From Piromyces finnis finn (lineage: Eukaryota > Fungi > Neocallimastigomycota): a DNA stretch of 64,000 bases. Positions 48,501-61,500 of the stretch are shown piece by piece; the stretch's first letter is position 1, and each line of letters starts with the position of its first letter. The stretch lies in the NCBI GenBank assembly GCA_002104945.1, contig MCFH01000018.1:248001-312000 (forward strand). The letters are read 5' to 3'. Under the pieces are notes generated by a model. The model did no database searches. It was not told where the DNA came from and saw only the letters and a program-made list of their open reading frames with translations. Position numbers and translations under genes: made by a program.

Positions 48501-50736
48501 GATGAAGGTAAGCTAGGCATTGCAACTTCTGAATGAAGAGGAGAATACTTTGCTGAATGTGATGTAGTAGGACTAACAGTGGAGTTTAAATCAATAGAAC
48601 CCGAACCTGAAATAGATCCATCATCCATTCCTGCGAAAAGATGTGGTGATCTTGGAGAACGTACTGGACTAAATGGACCAGAAGTATATACATGTGGAGA
48701 AGTAGCTGTAGATGCAACTGAACTTCCTTGATTTAAATATGTTGATTCAATACTACTAATATTATCATTACTCATAATATTGGGTGGCGTTACGGTTGAA
48801 TCTCTATCATCATCCATATATACTGCATATATGTTTTCTTCAGTATCTTGTGATGAATTAAGTTCATAATCAACAAGTGCTTGTTGTTTTAATTGAGCCT
48901 TAAAATATTTAAGATATTGAGTAATTTCAGTGAAACTTGGACGAGATTCTGGGTTTCCATCCCACATTCTTTCCATCAACTTCCAAATTGCCATTGGACA
49001 ATCTTCTGGATAATCTGGACGTTTTCCAGCTATGACAGCTTCAGAAAGGAATCTTTCAGATAAGTTTTGGAATGGAACATTACCCCAAGTGAAAAGTTCA
49101 TAGCAAAGCATAGCAAAACTATATACATCAGATTTCTTTGTGTAAACAAAACTTTCATGTACTTCATTAGCAGTCCAACGTAATGAATCAAGACGCTTTA
49201 ATTTAGAATGATGATCTACTACTGCACGGCATTTACTAAAACCAAAATCACAAATATGTGGCTTTAATTTTTCATCTAAAAGAATATTTCTGGCCATTAA
49301 ATCACCATGAACTACATTTTTTGAGTGTAAGTATTCCATACCTGAACTAATTCCAATTAACACTTCAATTAAGTTGATGAGTGAAAGTTTTTCTTTACCT
49401 TCAATATAACTAATTAAATTACCATTTTTCATTAAAGGTATAACAACAAATGGATAATCACCTAATTGATAAGCACCATATAAAGAAAGCACATTTGGAT
49501 GCTTTAAATTATACCACATTTTAACATCTTTATAAAATTCTCTTCTAACACGAACACGATTAATTTGATAAGACATTTCTTTTATTGCAACATCTAAACC
49601 TAACCAAAATGCTTTATAAATTTTTGAAAATGGACCAACAGAGAGAATTTCCCATATTTCAATATCCCAACTGGCAATTTGCCAGTTTTTTGATTCCACC
49701 GTTAATCCTTGTGCCATTTTTTTAAGGTGTTCACAAACATAAACAATATTATCTATGTTTACGAATCTTTTACGATTCATATGTGGCTTTTTATAGTTAC
49801 GTATCATTGAAATAATCTCCTGTGAATGTTTTTGAGAATAAATTATTTTACGATTTCCATCATCATCTTTTAATACATCTTCAAGATGTGGTTCATCTGG
49901 ATCATTAATATCTTCGTTTATTATATCTTCTAAAGTAGAAATAGCTTCAATAATCATTTCTGGTTCCGTTACTCTTCCTAAAAATGAAAGGAGTCGAGCA
50001 TCACTTTTAATTGCGGAATTTAATAAATTGTTAAAATATTCATTATCTTCTTCTCTATCATCCTGATCTTCCATTTCTTGAAGAGATTTATTAAGATAAG
50101 GTAAATTTCTTAAACCCAATTGTAAACTATAGTAAATCAATTGGGAATTAAAGTTATCAAATACTGTTTCTAATTCATGATTAGAAATTAATTTTTTAAA
50201 TGGACCATAAACAACATAACTTTCTATATGACTAGCTATCTGTAAAAAAAGATTTTTTATACCTTTGAAATGGCTATTTGATATTGACTTTACATTTTCA
50301 ATATCAGAATATACTTCTTCAAACTCTCTTAAAAATAAATTTAATCTTTTCCATAATCTATTTATTTGACATTTATTGATGATGACGGTATCAATTACAT
50401 TATATATTCTTTTACATATTTCATGTAATTCTCTTTATAAAAATTGATAAATATATTTTTATTTATTTAAAACATATTAATTTTATATTAGATTCGAAAA
50501 AAGTACGTATTTGAATAGTTAAAACATAAAAAAAATGAATGTTAGTCAAAAAAAAAAATTTCTTAAATATTTTATTTTTTTAAACATGATAAACTACTAT
50601 TTATTATTACTACTTAAATTGTATAAAAATTATATTTATTTATTCAACGCAATGTCCTTTTTTTACTTTACCTTATAATATTGAATACTTCAATAGAGCT
50701 TGTTCCTTGCATAACAATATCTCTTCCTTGTAACAT
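45574..50736 (-). CDS. MLKL-like 4HB + TKL-type protein kinase + disordered/RS region + RNI-like LRRs; exons 50736-50672, 50432-46113, ~45997-45830, ~45749-45680, ~45587-45574 (last exons tentative)
   Basis: The frame is open upstream of the track start: IRELHEICKRIYNVIDTVIINKCQINRLWKRL...GPFKKLISNHELETVFDNFNSQL. The kinase has VAIK, HGDLMARN and DFG. LRRs include LQQNDIGDKGAIAISSAL and FSSNNIGNEGAKAIAEG. Confidence 0.88.
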
Positions 50737-53298
50737 ATTGAAATAAACTTAAATTATAGATTTATTATTTATTGTGTTTTTAGATAATAATATGAATTGA
50801 ATAATAAAATATTTTTTAAAGATAGTATTAATATTAAGGTTAATTTAATAATATACTATCTTTTTTAATATAAATGCTGAATATTATTTGTTTTATTTCT
50901 ACGAAATTTTGAATTTTTATGGTATGACTATTTTCACAAATTAATTTTTAAATACTTCTATTATTTTTTTTTTTTTTTTTTGGAAATTCCTTTTAAATTA
51001 TAATTTCTAATATATATAATAAATAAAAGAAAAAAATAGTGAATAAAAAATTTTATATAAATTTTGAAGTATAAACTATAAATTGATTTTAATAATTATA
51101 TGTTTGTAAAACAATTTTAATTATAAATGTTATTTTTAATTCATAATTGTTTTTACAAAAAATCTAATTATTATCAATTAAGTTTTGTCGAAGTAATAAT
51201 TTAAATTATATCTATTAAATAATAATGTATTACTATTTATTTACTTTATTATTTAATATATTGTATTATCAATTTATATTGAAATTTTAAATAATAATTT
51301 ATAAACAACTACTTATGACAATTCAAAATTTAAAAGATTTTATAGAAATTTATTAAAATAAATCTTTAACTATACCATTAATTTTTAAATATATAACTTC
51401 CTAATTTTTTTTCTTTTTTTTTTTTTTTTTTTTTACTATATTTCCCTTCTATTAATTTTTTGTTGAAATAATATAAATTTTTTATTGGTAAAACTATAAA
51501 ATTTAAAATATTATTAAATTGAATATAGTGAAAAAAAGAAGAAGAAAAAAGGTAAATGCAATTTAAGCATAAATAGTTTCAATGATTTATTTTGGTAAAC
51601 ATTAAACTATTGAAAATTTTATTGATATTCCCTCTTTTTTTTTTCATTTATTGTTTAATAGTATTTCATAAATTATAAGAAAGAAATATCTTTAAAAATA
51701 TAAATATATATTTTTATTTTTTATTGCATTATTGTATTATTATTTTTATTTCTTCCTAGAGGATAACTGTTTAACTATTTTTTTTTGTTTTTTTTTTTTT
51801 TTTTTTAATTTTTACAAAGATTTAAATATTAAAAAAAAAAATTAAACATAAAAATAATAAAAAAAAAATTCAATGATAACATAAAGGAATCATGAAAATA
51901 ATTTGAGCAAAGCTTAATAAATATTATTATCTGAAATATAAATTAAAATTTAAAATGAATTGGATTAAAAATAATTTATATTAATAATACTAAAATTTTA
52001 TTATTCAACTGTTATTATAGTATAAAGTTTGTTACTTATTAAAATTCAGTGATTTCTTTAAATTACCTAATTATTCATTAATTTTATTTTTTTTTTATTT
52101 ATTCCATATGATTAATAATAAAGATAGTAACTCTTGTGGCTGTAGTTTTTTATTTTTAGGTAATAATTGGATTTAAATAATATATAATCAAATGTTCTTA
52201 TAATAAAAAAATTCGTCTATTATTATCAATTATTCTGTAATAGCAATTGTATTATAATTACTTTTGATAATAAAAATATATAAAATGAGTAATGTTAGTA
52301 GAAAAATCTTCGCACTTTTTTAAAACAATAATCATGTAATTTTAATATACTAATAAATTAGGTTATATATATTATTCAATTAAATTGATTTTAATTTATT
52401 TATATTGATATTGATTTACTACCAATATATAATATATTAAAGTTTAAAACTTTATATATTATGGTTAATTTTGTATTTAAATAAATTAATTAATATGGAT
52501 ATATTCGGATCATAATTTTATTTGTCTATTATATATTAATTAAATTGAAAATAAATATATTGTGTATATAGTGATATATGATATATATAGAAAACTTTAT
52601 TTATTTTAATTCATATTATGACATATTATTTTTTATATAAAGATATTAAAATATATATAAATAATATATTATATAATAATTTATTTTATTATATCGTATA
52701 TAATAAAAATATATTAAGAGGGTATCATTGGTTTTAATTTTATGTATAATTAAATAAAATATCAAAAAATACTAAATTCCATCTATTGAAATGGTCTATA
52801 TTAAAGGTTTAACTCATATTAACATCTATTTATAGGCTACATTTCATTAATCCTTTTTTATATATCTTTATTATTTTTCCACCATGACAAAGGAGAATAT
52901 CGTGGAGAACAAGTACAAAAAAAAGCATGATAAATGTTGTATGATATACTTATGGAATTGTTAGAAATTTAATTTAAAAAGTTTACATTTTTAAATAAAA
53001 AAAATATATTGAATGTTTTATTCCATACTTCTCTTGAAACTAAATACCAATTGGTATCTTTTTTATAAAAAAAAAAGCATGTCATTTAAAAATCTTAAAA
53101 TGGTCAAATTGACGTTGTAGATACTGTAGTTTTATGTACTTCTAATAAAAATAAAGCATCCGAAAAAAAAATAGTTAAAATTTATTATTACTTTACAGGT
53201 TAGTAAACAAAGCATTAACATTATCCCATTGATCCCAGTAAAATAGTATTTTAAATTAAATTTGTGTTCAAAAATGCTTTATTAATTAAATAAATAAA

Positions 53299-53553
<255 letters not shown>

Positions 53554-56126
53554 CATAATATTAATATATATTTTTTATGTCATAAATTGTTGACAAAAAT
53601 ATATAGCATATATTAATAAACATGTTTTTTATACAATCAACTAAGTAAGAATTATCTATTAAAAATAAGATTTATAAAAAAATTTTTTTAATAACATACA
53701 TGCTATATATATTATATTATAAAAAAGATTCAAAATGTTGTATTTTGTAAAATAGTTTTATATAAATAAAAAAAAAAAACTGAAATTTTTAAATTTCGAT
53801 CATTTTATGTTTTAAAAAATTGTTAAAACTTAATATTGTTGGTGATGTAAAAATGATTCACTCATAACATGTTAATTTTGTATAATTATTATAAATTTAA
53901 TATAACAATCTGTACATAAATTATATATACATTTAGAAATAATAATTATATAGTGTAAATAGTAAATAACAATGATTATTTATAGTATGAGTCATTATTT
54001 TCTATTTTTATAAAAGATATATATTTTTTATTATAAAAATTACTTTTTTCTTTTATTTTTATCTTTACTAGCATTAATAATTTAATTTAGTATTTTATAA
54101 TAATAGTAGAAGTTGTTTATAATTTGAATGTTAAGACAATCAATAAATTGATATGTTCATAAAATAAATATAAATCACAAACTTTTATTTCATCTTTATA
54201 TTTGAAAAATCTCAATAAAATAATAAAAAGGTTTAGATTATATTTACATATTATTATTATTATTTTCAAATTTTTACTTTAATGAGGTTTCTTTTTTTAT
54301 TTTTATTTTTTTTTTAATTTTTCCTTTTATAGAAATATTCTTTCCGTATTGATTATTTATTTATATTTAAAAAAAAAAAAAAAAGATAAATCGTAATAAT
54401 GAAAATAATATTGTTAAAATGATATTAATATTATAGAAATATAATAATAAATGAAAAAATAATAATGTTTTTTAATACCGTTTTTATCTTTATTAAAAAA
54501 AATAAATCATACAACAGATATACAATAAAAAATCATTATATTATATATAATCATATAATGTTAAAGACATTTAAAATAAATAAAATTCTTAATGAACAAT
54601 AATTTTTTTAACATTTTATTAATTATAATTAAGCAATACTACTTTGTATTCAGATTAAAAATTGGTATCGATTATATTGTTTATTATAAATTATTTCAAG
54701 AATCTCTAAAAATAAATAGTAGATAATTTTATATGCCTAAAGCAAAGAAAAATATCTTAAAAAATTAAAATGAAAAATAATTTATTGTTTTCTACTACCA
54801 TATAAGTATAATTAAATATATTTTAATATATTATTTTCTGTGTTAAACAAATGTTATAATAAACAATAAACAAGACTAATATTATTATTTATCATAGAGC
54901 TACGCTTTGTTTAAAAAGTTTTTTTTAAGACACTTTTAAACTATTTTATTTTATTTTTATTAATAAAAACAATATTTTAAAATATTAATTTCCTAACCTT
55001 TGATAAAAAGTTTAATATTTATATTATTTATTATTATTATTATTATTATTATTTATATTAAAACATGGTCAAAATTAATTATTGTGTTATATTTTAAATA
55101 GTGGAAATTTTAATATATTCTAATTATTTTAGTAAAAAAAATTATATGGATTCTTCAAATATTAAAAAGTTTATCACCAAACTAAATAATAAATAATAAC
55201 CAACTTTTTGCTATAATGTTCAATTTATTTAGCTTTTATTGTTTTATGGTGATAAAAATAACTCTTTTTAATATTTAAATCAAACTATATATATTAATTA
55301 ATTATATAACAATAAATAGTTCATTTATTTATATATTTAATAACAAAAGTATTTCGAAGAATGCTGTCTTTTTTTTTATAAATATTTAAAAAAATAATTT
55401 TAATTATTTTTTCTGAGAAGTGTTTTGATTATAAACCTTTTTTTTTAAATTAAATATTATTCAGTTTTAACTTAAAAAAAATAATAATTTTATTTATAAT
55501 AAAAAATGAAATATTTCAATTTCAATCTTTTGTGCTACTTTGAATGAAAACAGATAAATCATTTGTGTTACTAAAATTTCCTATTTTTAGTCAAAATTTA
55601 ATTTATTTTTTTTGTTGAATATGGTTGTCATTTTCTTTTTTAGGTATAAAAAAATAAAATAAATAATAATCTTAAACACTTTAATTTATATAATAATTAA
55701 ATAGAAAACGGTCGATTTCATATATATTAGTAATTAATGATTATATATTAATTTTTATGTGCAACGGTTTTTTTTTTTAAAAAAACACAAATTATAATAT
55801 ATTATAATATATTAATAGTATATTATAATATTAATATATAATGTACTATGGTATATTTTCAATTCATTTTTATTATACTGTTCTAATATAAAAATTAAGT
55901 ATATATAAATTAAAATTAATATATTATATTTAGTATAAATAAAAACTTTTTATATATATATATATATTTTATTTTTATTTTTTTTATTTTAAAAATAGAA
56001 TTATTTATTTGCAAAATATTAAACAATTATTTTAAACATTATTTTTCAATATATAATATTATTTAAGTTTGATTTTAATCAATTAAATATAATCAATTGA
56101 AGAAACACACACATATATTTAACAGT

Positions 56127-56429
56127 ATGAATTTTAAAAGTATTTCATTACTAAATGCTTTTATTACCATAGCTTCAGCAGCTGTTGGTAGTATAAATGA
56201 TTTTAAAAATTATCCAGGAATTGTTGATTTAATTCAATCAAATACAAAAAATTATAAATCAAATTTCAAATATACTTTTACCGATGGTCCAATTTACAGT
56301 GGTGATGGTACTGCTTATGGTGATGCTACTTCAGGTGGAAATTGTTTATTCCCAAAAAAAGAATATTATAATGATATGATGTATGCCGCTCTTAATAATA
56401 AGCAATACAATGATGATATGGGTAAGAGA

Positions 56430-56524
<95 letters not shown>

Positions 56525-57620
56525 TAAATAAAATTTATATTGAAATAAAAATAATTTATTAAAATCTATATATTTATTAATTAATGCAATTGATATTAAA
56601 TTTAAAAAAAATTATATTTTTTTTTTTAAAAAAAAAGGTTGTGGTCTTTGTGCAGTTGTTGTTTCAACAAGCAATCCATACAAAGCTATTAGAGTTCGTA
56701 TTATTGACCAATGTCCAGAATGTGAACACGGAAGTTTAGATTTCAGTGATAAAGCATTCAAAGCTCTTTCAAACAAAACTCCAGATCGTATAAAGATTAC
56801 ATGGGCACTTATTCCATGTGATGTCGATGTTAATGAATTCCCAGCACTTGTTAAACCAAAAGCTCCATTAAAGTTCCAATTTAAATCTGGTTCTACACAA
56901 TTCTGGGGTGAAGTTGAAGTATTTAACACTCGTTACCCAGTTGCAAAGGTTGAACTTTTATTAAATGGTAAATATCAAAGTTTATACAGACGTGCTTATA
57001 ATTACTGGGCTCTTAGTTCTGGTGGTTTTGGTGCAGGTCCATACACCTTCCGTGTTACATTAGCCGATAACACTGTCATTCAAGCAACAAATGTTGAAAT
57101 GGTTATTCCAGCAAATGATGAAGGTGATTCTTACTCATCTGGTACTCAAACTATTCTTCAACAAGGTTCCTCATCAAGTGGAAGTAGTAATCAAAATGTA
57201 TCTACCCAAAAGAAAACTACTACTAAAAAGACTACTATTAAAAAAACTACTACTACTAAAAAAACCACTACTACTAAAAAAACAACTACCACAAAAAAAT
57301 CAAGTACAACATCTTCTTCCCAATGTCCAAATTCAATTTTAAGACAAGGCTATAGTTGTTGTGAACAAAATAATTGTAATATTTATTACAAGGATGATGA
57401 TGGTGATTGGGGTCTTACCAGTAGCTTAAAATGGTGTGGTATTAGATATAGCTGTCCAAACACTGTTAATTCAGCTTCAAATGATTCATCATGTGCTAGT
57501 GTATTCAATCAAATGGGTTATAAATGTTGTAGATCTTGTAATGTTGTTTTAACTGACTCCACTGGTAAATGGGGTGTTGAAGATAATGAATGGTGTGGTA
57601 TTCGTAAAGATTGTAAATAA
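56127..57620 (+). CDS. Secreted expansin-like protein (DPBB + CBM63-like), Thr/Lys linker and two fungal dockerin (CBM10-type) domains; one intron 56422-56637
   Basis: Signal peptide; GDGTAYG..GGNC, CGLC, IIDQCPECEHGSLDFS; D2 region YPVAKVE...RRAYNYW...GPYTFRVT; (TTTKK)n linker; two C..GY.CC..C...D..G.WG....WCG repeats. Confidence 0.92.
56431..56520. repeat. (AAT)n microsatellite of about 30 units inside the expansin intron
   Basis: Seen directly in the sequence. Confidence 0.95.
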
Positions 57621-58517
57621 GATGATCAATGTGTCATAAAGAAAAAAAAAAAAATAGGTATATAGTTTATATAATTGAATAAGAAGAAGTGCATTTCGAA
57701 ATATTACAAAAAATATTTGTAATAGTGTATATTTTATTATTCATCCATCTATGTATAACAATTATAATTTTATATAAAATATTTAATTTTTTTTTTTATT
57801 AATTTTCTTATAATATTTATACAATATAAAAAATATAATTTATAAATGTGTATATTGTAACTATCATGTAAAAAAGTTGCTTTTTTTTCTTTTTTTTTTT
57901 AATCATATTTTATTCATTAAAAAATATAAATAAAATATATATAAAAGAATTAATTAGTTCTTTATTAATTTGAAAAAATAATCTTTGTGGATATTATACA
58001 ATCACAGTTATTTTTATTTTAATTTATTCCATAAAGAGTTTATAAAAGATTTTAACTCTAATGCAAAGAAAAAAATAACAACAAAGAATAATAATAATAA
58101 AAAAAAAAAAAAGGGGGGGGGGGAGGAATAGATAAACTAATAAATAATAAAAATTCAAAAATTAAGTTTTCTTTTATATTTATTACATTTTTATATATAC
58201 TTGTTTATTTATTATTATAATTATGATTATTATTTTTTTTATTTTATTTTTATTTTTATTTTTATTTTTTTTTTAAAAAAACTTACCTGCTTTGTATATT
58301 TTGAAATTAGATGATAAAAATAAATTAAAAACAACAACAACAACAAAAAATAAAATTAACGCTTTCAATAATATTAAAAAAATGAAAATTGTAACTAAAT
58401 ATTATGTATTATATACATTATATATGTATTGTATAAAGGATAGCAATTGTAGAAAAAAAAAAATCAATATCTATTGAATATATATATTGCTTAGTAGGTA
58501 GGAATACCTTTTATTAT

Positions 58518-61500
58518 TTACATATTGTCATTAAAGTAGTCATGATTATCTTGATCATTGTGAAGTTCATCATGAATTATCATTTGATCATCTCCTTGTT
58601 CAATTTCATTATTCACCGCCGGTATATCCATGAAATGATCTTCTATATTTTCATAATTTAGATTTTCTTCCCATACTTGATCTTCTTTTATATCTTCGGT
58701 AGTTATATTTAATTGATCTTCTTCGGTGTGTTGCTCATCCCTACTACCAATATAAAAGGTATCATCTAATTCTGAGTTATTTTGATTTATTATGTCGTGT
58801 GATTCTTTATTATTCATATTATTATCATCATTATTTTCAATAAAATTTTCAATAACCGATTCCTCCATCATAATATTATCAACGGTATTATCATTATGAA
58901 CAGGTGTATCAACATCTTCATTTTCAAAATCGTTGCCTACATCCTTATTTAAACTATAGACTGTATCATCATAGAGATTATCTTCATTATTATGTTCATC
59001 CATGATACTATCTTGAAGTGGCTCTTCTAAATTTAATTCATTATTATCGTTGAAGAAAGTATTTTCGTTATCAACATCATTTTCTATTAGATGTATAACT
59101 TCTACATTATTTTCAAGGTGTATTGAATTTTTTTCATCTATTTCGTTTTCTGCATTGTTTTCTAATTGTATTTCTTTTTCATTATCAAAATTATCATGAA
59201 TATCTTCATAATGCTGCTGTTGATCATCAGAAATAGTTATTTGATTTTGTATATAGCTTTGCTCATCGTGTTGAATAGTATCTTTAACTTTTTCCTCTTG
59301 TTGATCTTGTAATTGTTGATCCTCTATATTATTAATATCTTGATTTACTTCAAATTCTTGTTCTTTTAATGATTGCTCATTAATACTATTATTATCTTGA
59401 AATTCTTCTATTTGTTGTTGTTGTTGTTGTTGTTCCTTCAATTTATCATTTTCTTGAATATCATTGTATTGAGATTCATTTATAGCATTATTATCTTCAT
59501 CTATGTGTTGGATTTCTTCATGAGATTGTTGATTGATTGTTTCATTATTAAATAATTCCTCCATGGCTTGTTGTTGTTGTTCATATAAAATATCATTATC
59601 CGATTCATCAAATTGTTGTTGATTTTGTTGTTGAATTTCTAAACTATGTCTATCAAAATTATTGTCATTATTATCAATATTTTCTTGTTGGTTTTGTAAC
59701 TTATTATCTATATTCTGTATTTCTTCAAATTCATTATTGTTAAAGGATGTTTTTGAATCATAAATAGCATTATTAAGATTATCATTTAATTGTTGTTGTT
59801 GCTCTTTCGGTTGATCATCAGAATTAATTATTGAATCTTCAAAAGTTTGATTTTGATCGTTATTGTTTTCATTTTCAAATCTTTGGTTATTCATTATTTC
59901 AATTTCTTTTGTATTATCATTGTTTAAATCTTCAATTTTTTGATGGTCTTCATCATGTTCTTGTAGTATCAATTCATGTTCTAATGCTTCTGGCTCATCA
60001 ACAGTATTATCTTCTATATATTCACTGTTTTCTTGATGATGATTTAAATAATTATATTCATTATCATTATCCACATCTTTTTGTTGATTATTTAAAATGT
60101 ACTCTTCATCCAATGGACTATGATCAATATTTTCTGTGACATCATCAGTATCTTTAAGGTATAATTCGTGATCATTACTTTCTTTTTCATTAGTATCACT
60201 TATTACAATATGATTCTCCAATATGTCTTTATTATCATCAAAAAATTCATTTTGGTTTTCATCAAAACTTTCATTTTTAGCCTCAATACTCAAAATATTA
60301 TCATCCATATGATCATTTGGTAATAATTCACAATAGTATTCATCATCACGAAGAGTACCTAAATTTTCATTATTAACTGGATTTAATTCATTAAATCCAA
60401 AATGATTTATATCTTCATGTGAAGATTCAATATCATATTCTTTTTCAACTTGATCATTGAAACTACTTTCAATATCTAAATCTACTCCACTTTCATTTTC
60501 TTTATCATCATTAATGACAATGATTTCATTATGATCTAAATTAATGACTTCCTCATTTTTTACTAAATTATCTTCATCATTTTCTTCTTCTTTAGATTCT
60601 TCTTCAGATTCACTTTTTTCTTCATAATAACTATTTACTTGACTCTGGTCTTCCAAGTTCAAATTATTATAATCATACTCATCATCTTCCTGTTGAATTT
60701 CATCACTTTCAGAATCTGTGGATGAACTTACTTCTTCAATTTTTTTGATATCACTTATATATTTATCATCATCTAATTCATCATTTTCAATGTATTCTTC
60801 ATTTTCATTATCTTCTTCAATCATAATACTTTCTTCGTTCTCACCCTCAATTATAATATTTTCATTTCCTTCCTTTACCTCATTATAACTATTATCTTCT
60901 TCTTTTTCATTTTCATATTCATTATCATTATTTTCTTCATTTTCATAACCTTCTTCTTCTTCTTCATATTCAATACTTTTTTCATTACTTCCTTCTTTCT
61001 CTTCTTTATAATCAGGATTATTCTCATCTTCATCATATATAACTTCTTGATTATAATTCTTGAGCTTGGTGTGATCTAATGAATCGTCAATAATTTCATA
61101 AACATCTTCATCATTAGATACAGTTTCATTTGTTGATTCATTAATTTCTATAATTTCATAACTATCAGTTTTTGAATATTTACTTTCATCCGGAGGATTA
61201 TTTGAATCATGTAAACTTAATTCAACGTCTATCATATCAACAACATTTTTTACTTGTTGTTGTTCTTTATTACTATTATTTTGACTAATTTCCATTTCAT
61301 TTTGTATGTCACCATTGCCTATACTATATTCATCTTCTATAACATGTATATTATTAAATACACCTGCATCAGATTCATCCTTTTTATTTAATACTTCATT
61401 TTTTTCTATTTCATCATTTTTATAATATATATTTTTATTTTCTTTGTTTGGCGTAAATTCAAGAGAATGATTATTATTTATAAAAAAATTATTATTTGGA

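Noticed and set aside
52720-53260. Slightly GC-richer intergenic patch containing AAAGGAGA (U6atac-like) and a minus-strand PLSWWKNN (hAT-dimerisation-like) fragment
   Set aside because: The matches do not extend. There is no U6atac stem or adjacent GGUUAGC, no hAT ERxFS motif and no terminal inverted repeats.
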